Of a stretch of 64,000 bases of DNA, positions 23,817-35,653 are shown in pieces; position 1 is the first letter of the stretch; every line of letters starts with the position of its first letter. The DNA lies in NCBI RefSeq assembly GCF_032191835.1, contig NC_083237.1, forward strand, positions 49,910,001-49,974,000, given 5' to 3'. A program made the translations under genes and the position numbers. The DNA comes from Heteronotia binoei. Its lineage: Eukaryota. The notes beneath the pieces are model-generated. The model was not told the origin of the DNA. It searched no databases and saw only the letters and a list, made by a program, of their open reading frames with translations.

Positions 23817-26800
23817 GCGCGTCTAACAAATATTAAAATGTTGGAGGCGCTCGGGACACGCCTAGCTGTTTAACAAAGACTGACAAAGTATGGAGATTAA
23901 TACGAAAACTTGCGAGGATCCGAATGGAAAACCCTCAGTTAGGCCAAGGCTCCCTCCAAGCTGGTAGCCCGCGATTCCGAAGGCCTTTAAAAACAATTGC
24001 TTTTTTATTTAAAAGAAAGAAAGAAAGACAAGAGTGTTCCTATTGCGGGGGGGAGGATCTATGTCATGGAGGAGGGGAGGCGACGACAGGAGGATCCAGT
24101 TTTCAGGTTAGTATTCTGCTTCGCTTTTTATTTTATTTTTTTTTTGTGGGGGGGGGGGTTGCAGCAGGAGTGCCCCAGCGAATCGGCTCCCTCGGGTATC
24201 CCGTGTTGGAGAAGGGATTTATCGATAACTGCGGGCAAAAGTGTGGGACCGGTTGGTTTCAGAATCTTGGCCTCGCGGGGACGGCAAAAAGAGAAAGACA
24301 ACGGGGTGGACGGGGTGGGACCGTTGAGGAAAGAGCGACGCTGCGGCTGCGACAACAGCACGCTTTCCCTCGCTGCATTTACTCGGGAGTAAGCCTCCAT
24401 AAAGGCCCTTGGGAGCGTTTTCGGCTCCGCGTGCTGCAGAATGGCAGCCCCCCCCCCCAAGGGAGACAGGTCGTGCCTTAAAGCAAAGCAACAGCGGAAA
24501 GTCGGGGGGCGGGGGGGGGGCGTGCGGGAACTTCTCTTGCGCAAGGCTCATCCGACTGAACAGGCGGTTTGACCCGTGGGTTGCGCTGGAAAAGATCTTG
24601 ACCGTCCCCTGCTCCCAGGCTCTTTTAAAAAATGGTCTTGCAAAGATGAGCTGGCAGGTGCTTTGTCCTTTGGGGGTGTGTGAGAGAGAAAGGGGGGGGA
24701 GGTGACAAGGACTTTCCAAGTTTGTTCTTCGGTCTCTCCCTTCCCCCAAAAACATGTGCCCCTTGGTAGGAAACATCCTGTGCCCGTCCCCTTCCCAACC
24801 TCCCTGCTCTTGACTGAACTTTGCAACCCAAAGTCCATCTGCTCCGGGCAACCAGCTTCCTGAGCTGGTCTCTTTGAAATGCAGAGGACGCCGGAGCGAA
24901 ATCTGTCTTTCCAAAACTTCCGGAAAAGTGGAGACGTTTTTATTAGAGCAATCGAAAGTGCCAAAGGGGGGGGGGGAGGGTGGTTTGAAATGGGGGGGGG
25001 GAGAGAAAGAGAGAGAGAGAGATGTGCAAGGGGGGGGGGAGGTGGCGGCGTGGTTTGTCTTGTGATTTCCAGACCGCAAGCTGGTTTCGCGTGTGGTACT
25101 TTTTGGAGGGGGACATTTCTGCTAGACGCTAGGGGTGCTGGTGACGCCGAGATGAACTCTTGGAAGAGGACGTGGCTCTTTAAGGATCAGACAGGGATAG
25201 AATAAACGGGCTTTTTCATTTCCCCTTCATATAACAGGGAAAAAATACATATGAAAGAGATCCGTCAGGAGATGTTTTAAAGATGTATAGCCGGTTCACC
25301 CTAGAGGCATCGTCAGGAGACCGTAGTCTTGTAATTTTGCTAACTTGGCTCCTTCCCCTAAATTAACTCACGTGGAAGTCATTTCTATTGAGACAGTTGA
25401 TTCTGAGCCGAACAGGTACCTGGTGGCCCCATAAATACGGGGCAGTTTTTATTTGGGTACGAAATGTGCTGAGTCAGAAGTCACCTGAGTCATGACTGGA
25501 GAGCAACTTGGCAGTTCTAAGCAGAGTTGGTCCATTCTGAGCCCATTTACTTCAATGGACCGAGAAGGGTGTTAACTGTGCTTACAGGGCTTACCCATTG
25601 GGAGTAAGAGATGCTTCAGGAACAAGCTACCTAACCTTTGTGTTCTCAGTCTGAAACTGGGGTTCTGTTTCTGTTTCTTTTTTAAAAAATTGCTCTCCTT
25701 GAACGCTGCTTGGAACGTTGCTTGGAAATCAACCCATAAGGATAAACTCAAGGCATGAAAAAGGTGTGCCGAGGAAGTGTTCCCACGAAATGAATGGTGC
25801 ACCTGTTCAAACATTGGGGTAGGACTTCAGTTAGCCATCTCCTGCACACTTACTCGGAAGGTGTGGTTGAAATTAATTGCTACGGGGCAAGTTAGTGTGT
25901 TTTGGATACCTGTGCCAGTAGGGCGTGGAGAGATGATGTTCTTAGTTACGACAAATATGATCGCCCTGAGCTCTAAAAAGCTTTACTTGGCCTTTTTTTT
26001 GTAAAAAATAATTTCTTCTCGGCCTTTAGTTGACTATGATAATACAGTGCTAGACCTAAGAATGGAACTGACCTGACCAACGTCTATCTGCTGGAGGAAA
26101 GACTGTACGGATCTCAGCCATCGCCACCAATGTGCATGCATGCAGTGCTATATATATGTATTGTAATGAGGAGAGAGGTCGGGGGATTGAAAGGCGTCTG
26201 TTGAAACCCACAAAAAGGATGATGTGAATCTGGAAGTGGGAGGTACACCACTGTGTTGCCAGTTTTCCCATAAGGGCATAATTTTGGTTTAAAACAGGAG
26301 AAATCAACACTGGTGACCACCATCCCAGCCAGAACCATGCCAGGTGAAAACGGGACAGGCCCAACCCTCAGCTCTTAAAGCTAGGTAGTAAGGTTCTCTA
26401 CCAGGAGAAGAGTTCTGTGTGAACCAAAGGCTTTTATATTCCTGTACTAAAATAATTCTAAGGTCAGGGTTTTTTTTAAATGCAAAACCAACCAGAGTTT
26501 ATTCTTCCAGACCAACAGGATCAAAAACAGTTGGCCGGGAAACCATTGCTCTCTCTTTCCTACCCTTTGAAGGTTCATTAGTTATACCGATGTGCATATT
26601 TTATTGCTTTATATCGCCTCGTTCTTGGAAATGAAATTCCTTTGATCCTTTTCTTCCTCTATGTCCCTGGAGGGGTAAAGGGTTTGCCTTTTTTTGGGGG
26701 GGGGGGGGGTGAATGCCACATCCTGTCCTTCGATCTCTCTCTTTTTTTGTTTGTTTGTTTTCAGTCCCATTTCTATCTTGAGTTTTAGTCGAGTTAAATA

Positions 26801-27151
26801 TCCAGGGAAGCCTTTAAAATCGTCACATTATGTGGGAAGTTATTTTAAACTAGAATTAATTGCTATGGGGCAATTTTCGTTTTAATTAAACAATAACTCT
26901 TTTTGGGACTCCATTGGAAAGAGCTAATGTTTCTGTTTTAATACCTATGGATTATGGTATCTTCTCTTAACGAATATGGAACGATATAGGTTCTGGCTAA
27001 TAAACGGGTGGGGGTTTGGAATGATATGTTGCTCTTGAGGTTACATAGAAAAAAGTTTCCAGAAATCCTGTCTTCCGTAATAAAGGTTTTTTTGGTAACG
27101 TTTTCCTCCCGGCTGTAAACCACGCGGAAGATTTCTAACCCCAGGAGGACA

Positions 27152-27245
27152 TGTGTCTGTCTTCTATATGTACCCTGTAGATCCGAATTTGTGTAAAAGA
27201 AGCGGCCTCACAAATTCGCATCTAGGGGAATATGTAGTTGACACA
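27152..27245 (+). ncRNA. MIR10A: mir-10a precursor
   Basis: Mature 5p TACCCTGTAGATCCGAATTTGTG at 27171-27193, star arm CAAATTCGCATCTAGGGGAATA at 27211-27232, hairpin closed by TGTGTC/GACACA; canonical position upstream of HOXB4. Confidence 0.98.
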
Positions 27246-28584
27246 AACGCTACGGAGTGCAGCCTCAGCCGAAGAAGAAGGCAGAAAAGGGAGGTGGGGG
27301 GGGGAGAAACCAAATCGTTGAAGACTTTTCCTAGGAGGAATATGTAGTAGTTTTTTTAAAAAATGGCATATATTGTTACTGAGGATTCGATGTTCTTTAC
27401 TGTCGGGTATCTCCTGCTCTTCAGACAAATCAGGGAGGTTCGCCGTTGTCCTCTGTTCGAAGGACAAGAACTACGTACTCTGCACTGAGACTCGTCTGCA
27501 GTTGCAGAGGGGTGGCCGCGTTCCTCACTTTGCTAGCGAACTAAAACAAAAACCCAGGGGCATCTTAAAGACGAAGGACATATATTTCAACACCAGCTTT
27601 CCTGAGTCAGAGCTCCTCCCTAAGGTCTTATTTGATGCCAGCCCTGCTATTAGTAATATACAAACGACAGGTCCCTGCCCCGAAACCTTACAAAAGGGAT
27701 AGATATACTGTGTCCTAATGAAGTGTGTGTGTGTACCAATCTTGGATGTGCGCCCCCTATTCCTTCAAGCCTCTTTATAAAAACAAAAAAAACCAACCCC
27801 ACAATATTATTTCTGTGATTGGACATTTTCATTCCTCCTATTGTAAATCTAATCTTAACCCTCCCGGTTTCTTCGCTGTGTTCGAAAGTATTTTCTACAT
27901 TTTGGGGATATGGGGCGGAGGACCGAATTAGTTTAAACCAGAAGCGAACCGTCCTTTAAAGGGATGGGTAAACCGAATTAGTTAATGATGTTTCTATCGA
28001 TCTCCAGCGCGCTCTATCGATCTTTGCCGGTGCCTGGCCTCCTATCACTTACCTTCAGAAACAAATTTTCAACGCAAATGAGACTCTCAAATGAATGAGT
28101 CTTAAACAGAGATTTTTTTGTTTTGTTTTGTCTTTCCAGCCTTCTGTTTCTTCCGGTTATCTCTTTAATCTTAGTTTGTTCCTGAGTTTCCGCCAAGAGA
28201 AATAGTGATTGTGTATGCATAATTCAGAGTAATTTTAATTGATTTTTTTTTTTTGCATTGGGAGTGGGCACTTGAGTTTTGAGACTCTGGTCATGGAGTG
28301 ATTACGGGTCACCGCGTTGGGGGGGAGGCTCTGACGATGTCATTCCTGTATTTTTTTTGGGGGGGGGGGTCTCCACTGTCCACGGCATAACGTACATTCC
28401 CATCCAACCCTCGACTAATTTCGTTGGGAAGTCCAGTTTTAGTTCAGTAGAATTTAACTCTCCAAGTTGACCGTGGGCTTGCAGTGGAAAAGTGAAAAGA
28501 GTTGAATGCATGCCCCCCCCCACCTCAACCTCCATGCCGCCTTCCCTCCCCCCCTCTTGATTATTTCCTTATCCGGGAATTCCA

Positions 28585-28861
28585 GACAACCTCTCCATTG
28601 GTTCCTGGGGTCACATGGACACCTAACTTTGTTCACTTGACGGCAAATGTAGGAGGGCTCTACGAAACAGGAAAACGAGTGCGGAGGGGAGGGGAAGGAA
28701 GGGAGCAGGGGGAAGGGGAGGGGCCCCCCGAAAGAAATAGGAATAAATTTTAGTATATATTTTTGGGGTGTGCGTGTGAGTGAACGAGCGAGAGTGTGCG
28801 TGCTGGCGCGCGCGCGCCTTTGGCTGAAATTTCCGCCCCCCACCCCCAAAAAACAATATTA
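28585..28861 (+). promoter_or_regulatory. HOXB4 promoter / 5'UTR
   Basis: CCATTGG (NF-Y/YY1-type), GGTCACATGG, CTAACTTTGTTCACTTGAC, GAAACAGGAAAACGAGT and GGAATAAATTTTAGTATAT blocks typical of Hox4 leaders, directly upstream of the ATG. Confidence 0.75.
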
Positions 28862-29262
28862 ATGGCCATGAGTTCCTTCTTGATCAACTCCAACTATGTG
28901 GATCCCAAATTCCCACCATGCGAAGAATATTCGCAGCACGATTACCTTCCCAGTCATTCTCCGGAATATTTCAGCGGCCAGAGGCGAGAGGAGAACTCTT
29001 TCCAACCCGAGGCGTTGTACCCAGCGCGGTCCGCCTGTAACCAACCAACCTATCCTTCGTGTCGGGGCTCCGGCCACCAGCCGGCGGTCCTCTCTCCCAG
29101 GAGCCAGCAGGTCCACGCTCCGGCGGGACTTCAGAACCACCTCTCCGACCATCACGCCAAGCCCACCGCCTTCCTGTAGCCAAAACTCTCTCAACCAAAG
29201 CCCTTCCTCTTGCAAAGAACCGGTAGTTTATCCTTGGATGAAGAAGGTGCACGTTAGCACGG
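28862..29262 (+). CDS. HOXB4: HOXB4 exon 1, with a frameshift at about 29150 in this sequence
   Basis: MAMSSFLINSNYVDPKFPPCEEYS...GLQNHLSD is in one frame, which stops at 29177-29179; ITPSPPPSCSQNSLNQSPSSCKEPVVYPWMKKVHVST is in another; donor GTAAGT at 29263. Confidence 0.9.
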
Positions 29263-29407
29263 GTAAGTGAACCTTAAAGAGCCTTTCGCTTTATACTAAC
29301 CTGCACCTCAAAGTCTTGTTGGGAAAAAAGAGAGAGAAAGCTTATTGCCCCGGTTGTAAAAGAACCATTCCCTTCTGAGATTTATGGTCTCCCTGTTTGC
29401 CGAGCGC

Positions 29408-29437
29408 TATAATTACATCCTCCATAAATTTTTATTG
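29408..29437. promoter_or_regulatory. HB-1-type homeodomain-site cluster in HOXB4 intron
   Basis: TATAATTACATCCTCCATAAATTTTTATTG about 145 nt into the intron, matching the conserved Hox4 intronic element as recalled. Confidence 0.75.
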
Positions 29438-31259
29438 CTCTTCTTGGCCAACTGCCTTNNNNNNNNNNNNNNNNNNNNNNNNNNNNNNNNNNNNNNNNNN
29501 NNNNNNNNNNNNNNNNNNNNNNNNNNNNNNNNNNNNNNNNNNNNNNNNNNNNNNNNNNNNNNNNNNNNNNNNNNNNNNNNNNNNNNNNNNNNNNNNNNNN
29601 NNNNNNNNNNNNNNNNNNNNNNNNNNNNNNNNNNNNNNNNNNNNNNNNNNNNNNNNNNNNNNNNNNNNNNNNNNNNNNNNNNNNTCAGGGAAAAGTTTTA
29701 ACGATTGAATAGGATGCTTTTCACGGAAGTGTAATTGTGTTGGGGGGTAGCTTTAGGTCAACTTTTGCTCTGCCTTTTTCCTTAGTTCTTTAGTTTATGT
29801 CCCTCAGCCCACACTAGTTAGGGAATAACTTGGGTTTCAGTGGGTCCGACGTGTCCCCTTCTCCCAAAGGGGATATTTGGGTTTATTCGCATACAGCTGC
29901 TTTAGAGTTTTAGAACTTCTAGAGGCACACAGTACACGTGGGCGATCGCGGAGCTCGAATCCCGGAAGCGCCTTTAACGAGTGTCTTGGTCTGTTTGTGT
30001 TTGAATGCCAAACCACTGCGACGGATTTAGGCGCTGGTTTCAGTCCAAGCGCTCGTTAAGCTTAAACGATTCTGGATCTGGTTGCTGGTCTCTAATATCA
30101 CAAGCGCTCTTATGGACAATGGCTCCAAGCCGAGAAGGTTAGAAAAGGGGTGGTCTAAAACTATTGAAGTCCGTGGGCTTAAACTTAAACCATTCTCCAG
30201 AAGGTTGCACTGAATTCCACTTAAGGTTCTTGGACACTCGTTGGAGTTTCCTCTCCCTACTTCCCAAAAGCTTGAAACAGATGGGGGAGGGGGGGGGTTG
30301 TTAAGCTGTTTAGGACTGGGGCTGTATGGCTTCACTTCCATTCACTCACTGTCGCTGGCTCTCTGATTTCCTTTCTTCTTTAACACAGACCCCAAATTCC
30401 ACATATGTAGCTCCCCAAACATCTAGAGGAGCGGTTTAAACATGTCTGTTTGCTCTTGTGGGGGGGGGGCTTCAGTGAGCATTGGGCCATACATTGAGTC
30501 TGGAGGTTTCGTGCGTTAGGGTTGGGAAAGGCCAGACAAAGATGTGGCTAGTTCGGAAGATTAGACTTGTGTGAGATACAAAGGAGTGCAAACAAGCTAA
30601 TGTTGGGGGAGGGAGAGCGGAGAAAGGTACACGTTGAAGTTGACTCTCAGCTCTTTCAAAAGAATAGTACCCATCTTGGGTCTGAATCCCCCCTCTCCTC
30701 ACCTTCCCTTCTCCAGGGAAGTCCCCGATCCTACCAGGAGCAGTTCCTAAACCTCTCTGCGAGATGTATTCTCCACTAAACGTCCCTAGGATTGGAGCCT
30801 TACTGACTTCTGAGTAGGGGAAGGTTCATCTCAGGCCTGTTAAATCTGGAGGGGTTGTGTATGTGTTCTGCTCAGATCCAAGCCAATTCTGAGCCGTGAA
30901 AGGCACAGGAAGATTGGAAGGGGAACCGCAGCTGGACTTTCTTGTGCTGGACACCCCACCGATTCAGAAACCCCGTTTGTTTAGGTCCCCCCGCCCTCGT
31001 TCTGCATTGTCCGCGCGCGCACACGAACCGCAGCAGAGGCAGGGTTTGGAGGACTTTAAGTGGGACTTGTGGATTCTGAACCCATTGTCCCCCGTCTCTC
31101 CCGGGCTTTCTTGGAAGGAAGGCAGCTTTTCAAGAGGCAGAACAGTAACTTTCCAACCTCTTCCCTCCCCCTCCCCTCCCCTCCCCCACCCGGTGCCTGA
31201 TCTCCTCCTCCTCCTCCCTCCTTTACCCCTCCCTCCTCCTTTCTGTTTCTTTCACTCAG

Positions 31260-31585
31260 TCAACCCCAACTACACGGGGAGGGAGCCGAAACGGTCCCGG
31301 ACGGCCTACACCCGGCAGCAGCTCCTAGAACTGGAGAAGGAATTCCACTACAACCGCTACCTCACCCGGAGGCGACGGGTGGAAATCGCCCACTCCCTTT
31401 GCCTGTCCGAGCGCCAGATCAAGATCTGGTTTCAGAACCGGAGGATGAAATGGAAAAAAGACCACAAATTGCCCAATACCAAGATCCGGTCGAATGCTGC
31501 GGCCAGTCTCCCGGCTCAAGGAGGGAGCGGAGCCCCCCAGGACCGAACCAATGGACCAACCCCCAACCCCCCCGCCAGTCTATAA
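31260..31585 (+). CDS. HOXB4: HOXB4 exon 2 (homeodomain)
   Basis: Long pyrimidine tract + AG at 31258-31259; [78 protein letters not shown]...*. Confidence 0.96.
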
Positions 31586-32030
31586 CCTCCCCTGGAGCCT
31601 GCTCTATGTCTCCGTGGGTGTGTGTGAGAGAGCGAGAGAGTGCGTGTGTGTGCCAGCTAAGAACTGATGTATGAGAGGAAGGGATGCGTTGTGATTTCCA
31701 CTGTTCCCTGAGGAAGAAACACCAGGGTGTTGAGGGAAGGGGTCGAATGGGTGGGTGGGAACACTATTTATATGAAGGGAGAGAAGACAAAAGAGAATAA
31801 GAAGGGGGGGGGGTTATCCCGTTGTCCGGAAAGCAGGGTTGTATTTTTTTTTTTGGGGGGGGGTGCTCTGTTCCACAGGAGATGTGGGGGGGGGGGGTTC
31901 AGATTTGGCTAAGATGGATCCCTTTTCCACTCTTAATCAAGCCAAACTCGGGGCCATTTGTCATGTTTACTCTCGCGTACAAACGAAGGACCTTATGCCA
32001 GCCATTAGCTCGACAGACAGGCTCGTCTTT

Positions 32031-32036
32031 AATAAA
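32031..32036 (+). terminator. Candidate HOXB4 polyadenylation signal
   Basis: AATAAA about 450 nt after the stop; other sites further downstream are possible. Confidence 0.35.
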
Positions 32037-33384
32037 TGAGGCCCGGTTTCACCTATGAGGGACTGGACCCTCTCTCTCTCCCCCTCTCTCTCCCCCCTCT
32101 CCCTTTTCAACCTCTTCTTTCTCCCCCCCCCCACCAGCCCCCCCCCATACCCATTCTGAAGCCAAACATTTCCCCAAGGCTCCCGAAAAGGTGTTGGCAT
32201 CTGCTTAACACAGCTGTAGATGGCAGAGTGTTTGGAAGGGAGAAATCAAATTTCTTCCAGCCCTCTAAGGGCTTCATTGGGTAGTGAATATTATAATGTT
32301 CCGTAAGGAGGGGCACCATTGGGGGGGGAGAAATCGGGGAGGGACAACCTGAGTCCCCCCCCCCTTTCAAGATTGGAGCAACCAAGGCATTTAAAACAAA
32401 AAAAACCAAATTCAGGTTAATAACATAACCTGTAAGACCTGGAAAGCGGAAAAGAGCTATACTCCTGAGCTTATAAAGTTGATTATAACATAAAGCCATC
32501 TGGGTTCTGGGCCATTAATGGGAAGGGGGAGGTCCTTTGTAAATAAGGAGGCTCGGTTGCACTCTTCACTGCCATCTTTGAACCAAATATGTGCACAAAG
32601 ATGGATTTTCCTCGGATCCTCTGGGGGATATGTGTGTGCTCTGACTCTTTCCCTCTCCTCTCTCCCCCCCTTCTTTCTCTCCCTCCATACATGACATTCC
32701 AAAATGGTGTGATTCCAGGCAACTTTGGGGAGGGAGGAAATTCTCCCCTTCCCACACTTCCGTATAATTACCTCTTGTTGTTCTGTGTGATCTCCATAAG
32801 AACATGTACATAGCAAACCGTGGTGGAAAAAAAAGAAATAATAATAATTAATAATAATAAAATAATCCTGGTGAATCTGGCTCTCTGTGTTTTTCAGAAT
32901 GTGTGTAGGAGCAAGAAGCTGATTCCTTTTGTTCTGTCAGTTTTCAGATTCCCTTTGAATTTCGACCAGATTTTTTTTATTGTTGTCAATTTCCTGGCCT
33001 CCCCCCCTTCCTAATGGAAACAAAAGATGTTTGACCATAGGGTATAGCCTCTTTAACTACCGCTAAGCCTTATAAGGGGTGATTTATTTCCTCTAAGTAT
33101 GCATTAATGTGGTTACATTTCGCCTTCCAACTGGTTCGTACTCAAAACGAGTAGTTTGATGGTTGAATTTCTACCTGGCACCCAGACTCTTAACGCACCG
33201 ACACATTATCCACAGTGTTTGTGTGTGTATGGGGGGGGGGGGGGTTGTTCTTCCATGCTTTTCTCTTCTTTCCTTCTTTAAAGAACAGCTACCTTCTTGA
33301 AGGTATTTAATGCATTTAATGACCATAATTTTTGCACAGATGTTTCTCGGTGTTTGTAGGGTTTTTTTTACCCTGTGTATTTTT

Positions 33385-33500
33385 ATATTACAAAGGAGCC
33401 AGCCGCGGCAATAGCTCAAACTCTGACAAGCAAATAGATAATCAAGAAGACAAATGACTCCTTTTGTGCTCCACGGCTCTTGTATTAATTTTCATTTTCT
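33385..33500. promoter_or_regulatory. Candidate conserved block 3' of HOXB4
   Basis: GCAATAGCTCAAACTCTGACAAGCAAATAGATAATCAAGAAGACAAATG resembles a block I recall downstream of Hox4 genes; function not determinable here. Confidence 0.5.
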
Positions 33501-35195
33501 TTCCCATACCAAGTATCGAAAATACTGTTTAGGACGAAATAGCANNNNNNNNNNNNNNNNNNNNNNNNNNNNNNNNNNNNNNNNNNNNNNNNNNNNNNNN
33601 NNNNNNNNNNNNNNNNNNNNNNNNNNNNNNNNNNNNNNNNNNNNNNNNNNNNNNNNNNNNNNNNNNNNNNNNNNNNNNNNNNNNNNNNNNNNNNNNNNNN
33701 NNNNNNNNNNNNNNNNNNNNNNNNNTTAGACCATACCAAGCATACCATAATTTTGTCTAATTTTCTGTCTCAAGAAACATATTCTGTTCTATTACCATGG
33801 TCCCAAGCTTGGTTGTCGGCTTAGACCACAACCCAGCCAGACGTTCTCTCGCAAAAAGCCTCGCTGAAAGAAGATTCCCGTTCATTTCCATAGGGCTTGT
33901 GAAGGATAAGTTCCATCTGGGCTTCTTAAAAGGGACAGAGAAAAGCTTATTTCCCAGTGAAAGTTAAAATACTTCTGGCAACTTCATCTATAGGTCGACT
34001 TCCAACACTTATTCAAACCAGGAGCTGTTGAATTGCCTTTCTCTACTCTCAACAGTATCCATTTTAACAGAGCTAAAGCCTGATAAACCCAATATCACTT
34101 TATTACAAGAAAGGAAGGGAGAGTTAGTCAGTAAGGCAATATGTAGATATGGAGTCAGAAGTTCAAAAAATGCAGAAGAGAACCTATTCCACAAACACAC
34201 ACATCAAACCAGCTTTAGGTGTCATATTGTCATTGGGACTGATCCGGCACAAGTAGCTTGAGGGCCGTAAGCACCGGTCACAATCCAAAAGCAATCCAAG
34301 TACACTGTCTTTTGCTTTGATGATGGAGCAGATGGGTTTCATTCGCAAGGCAGAAATCCTCCATCGTTGACAGTAAAGCACCGCCGAAATAGGATACTGT
34401 AGCAGTTTACGCTCTGGTGTTTATAGGATGCCCTGGGTCAGAAATGGTTTTGCACACATAGGATGGTTTTGCCATTATGACGTTGGCTACCTTTCCTGGA
34501 TTTCTTTTTTCGTATTTACTGTACTCTTGAATCAACACCTATGTGTAATATGCTGCAATGTCAGGATATTGTTATATTCTTATGGGGGGGCTGTTAGTAA
34601 TATTATCGTTAATCAGATACTTCAGGGAGTCCCAAAGATTGGGGGAGCGAATGTTGTACTCTATCTCTTAACGGCAAACATGAAAGAAGGAATCGCTTTA
34701 ATATGGGATTGCTTTAACATGCATTTATTTCAAAGAAAGGGCTCTACACTAATTGACAAAGACTATATTTTCATGGATTTCAGTGGGTCCTGAAGATGTT
34801 TTTCAGAGTGAAATGAAGGCATGGCCTCCTTTAGTCTCTCACTCACTCTCTCTCACACACACACACACACAAACAGGCCTATGCTCCCAAGCAACACTTT
34901 TCTTAAACCCTAGGCTGGTAAAAGTGTGGTTTCTATAGAGCCAAATCAAAGCCAGAGAGTGTGAATGGATTGTAGGGTGGAGATTTCTATAGGCCCTAAA
35001 AGTTCACAAGCATTGTATAGCAGACAGAAGCAGAGAAAAATGTGAGAATTATACAGAAAAAAAATCATTAATCATTTCTTTTCTCCAAATACTTATCCTT
35101 TTCCTATTGTTATTCAACAGCAAACCTCCGCAGACCTTCTGTTGGGAAAAAAGAATACCCGGGAGCCTAGAGTCTTTCAAGATCTTCAAGGGAAA

Positions 35196-35198
<3 letters not shown>

Positions 35199-35256
<58 letters not shown>
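35199..35256. repeat. (AT)29 microsatellite
   Basis: Direct read. Confidence 0.97.
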
Positions 35257-35258
<2 letters not shown>

Positions 35259-35597
35259 CATTCATTCAGACACTCACACACATGCACACAAAGTTACACG
35301 CTTTTTCTTTTTCTAAAAAAAAATGGAAGACCTTAATCCTGCCATGGACAGCATTTGTGAGCATCTGAGGAAACCTCCTGAAAAGCTAAAAAGGTAAGCG
35401 ATTTAAAAAATATATATTCTGTGCCTCGGAACATTATCTTGAAACTGTATATTTCAGAATCGGGAAGGGCTGGGAAATGTTAAATGTATTATTTTAAACT
35501 CCTGTCCTCTGTAGTCTGAGGAATCGTGTTTACTTGGAAGTAAGTTGCGTTGTCCTGGCTTTGAATTCCTTCAAAAGCTAGGGAGGGTAGGATTCAC

Positions 35598-35653
35598 GGA
35601 AGGAAGGAAGGAAGGAAGGAAGGAAGGAAGGAAGGAAGGAAGGAAGGAAGGAA
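35598..35653. repeat. (GGAA)14 microsatellite
   Basis: Direct read. Confidence 0.97.

Noticed and set aside
24490-25050. Many long G/C homopolymers as G-quadruplex elements
   Set aside because: They occur throughout the window and their lengths are unreliable in a draft assembly; no single locus stands out.
23924-25205. Several long ORFs (up to 286 aa) near the B4U RARE
   Set aside because: GC-rich, homopolymer-laden regulatory DNA with no domain signature; overlapping frames on both strands.
27211-27232. C instead of T at position 9 of miR-10a-3p relative to human as recalled
   Set aside because: Outside the seed and at an already mismatched hairpin position; no predicted consequence.
31586-33500. 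miR-10 seed sites (ACAGGGT) in the Hox 3'UTRs
   Set aside because: None seen in the presumed HOXB6, HOXB5 or HOXB4 UTRs; the matches I found are intergenic or intronic.
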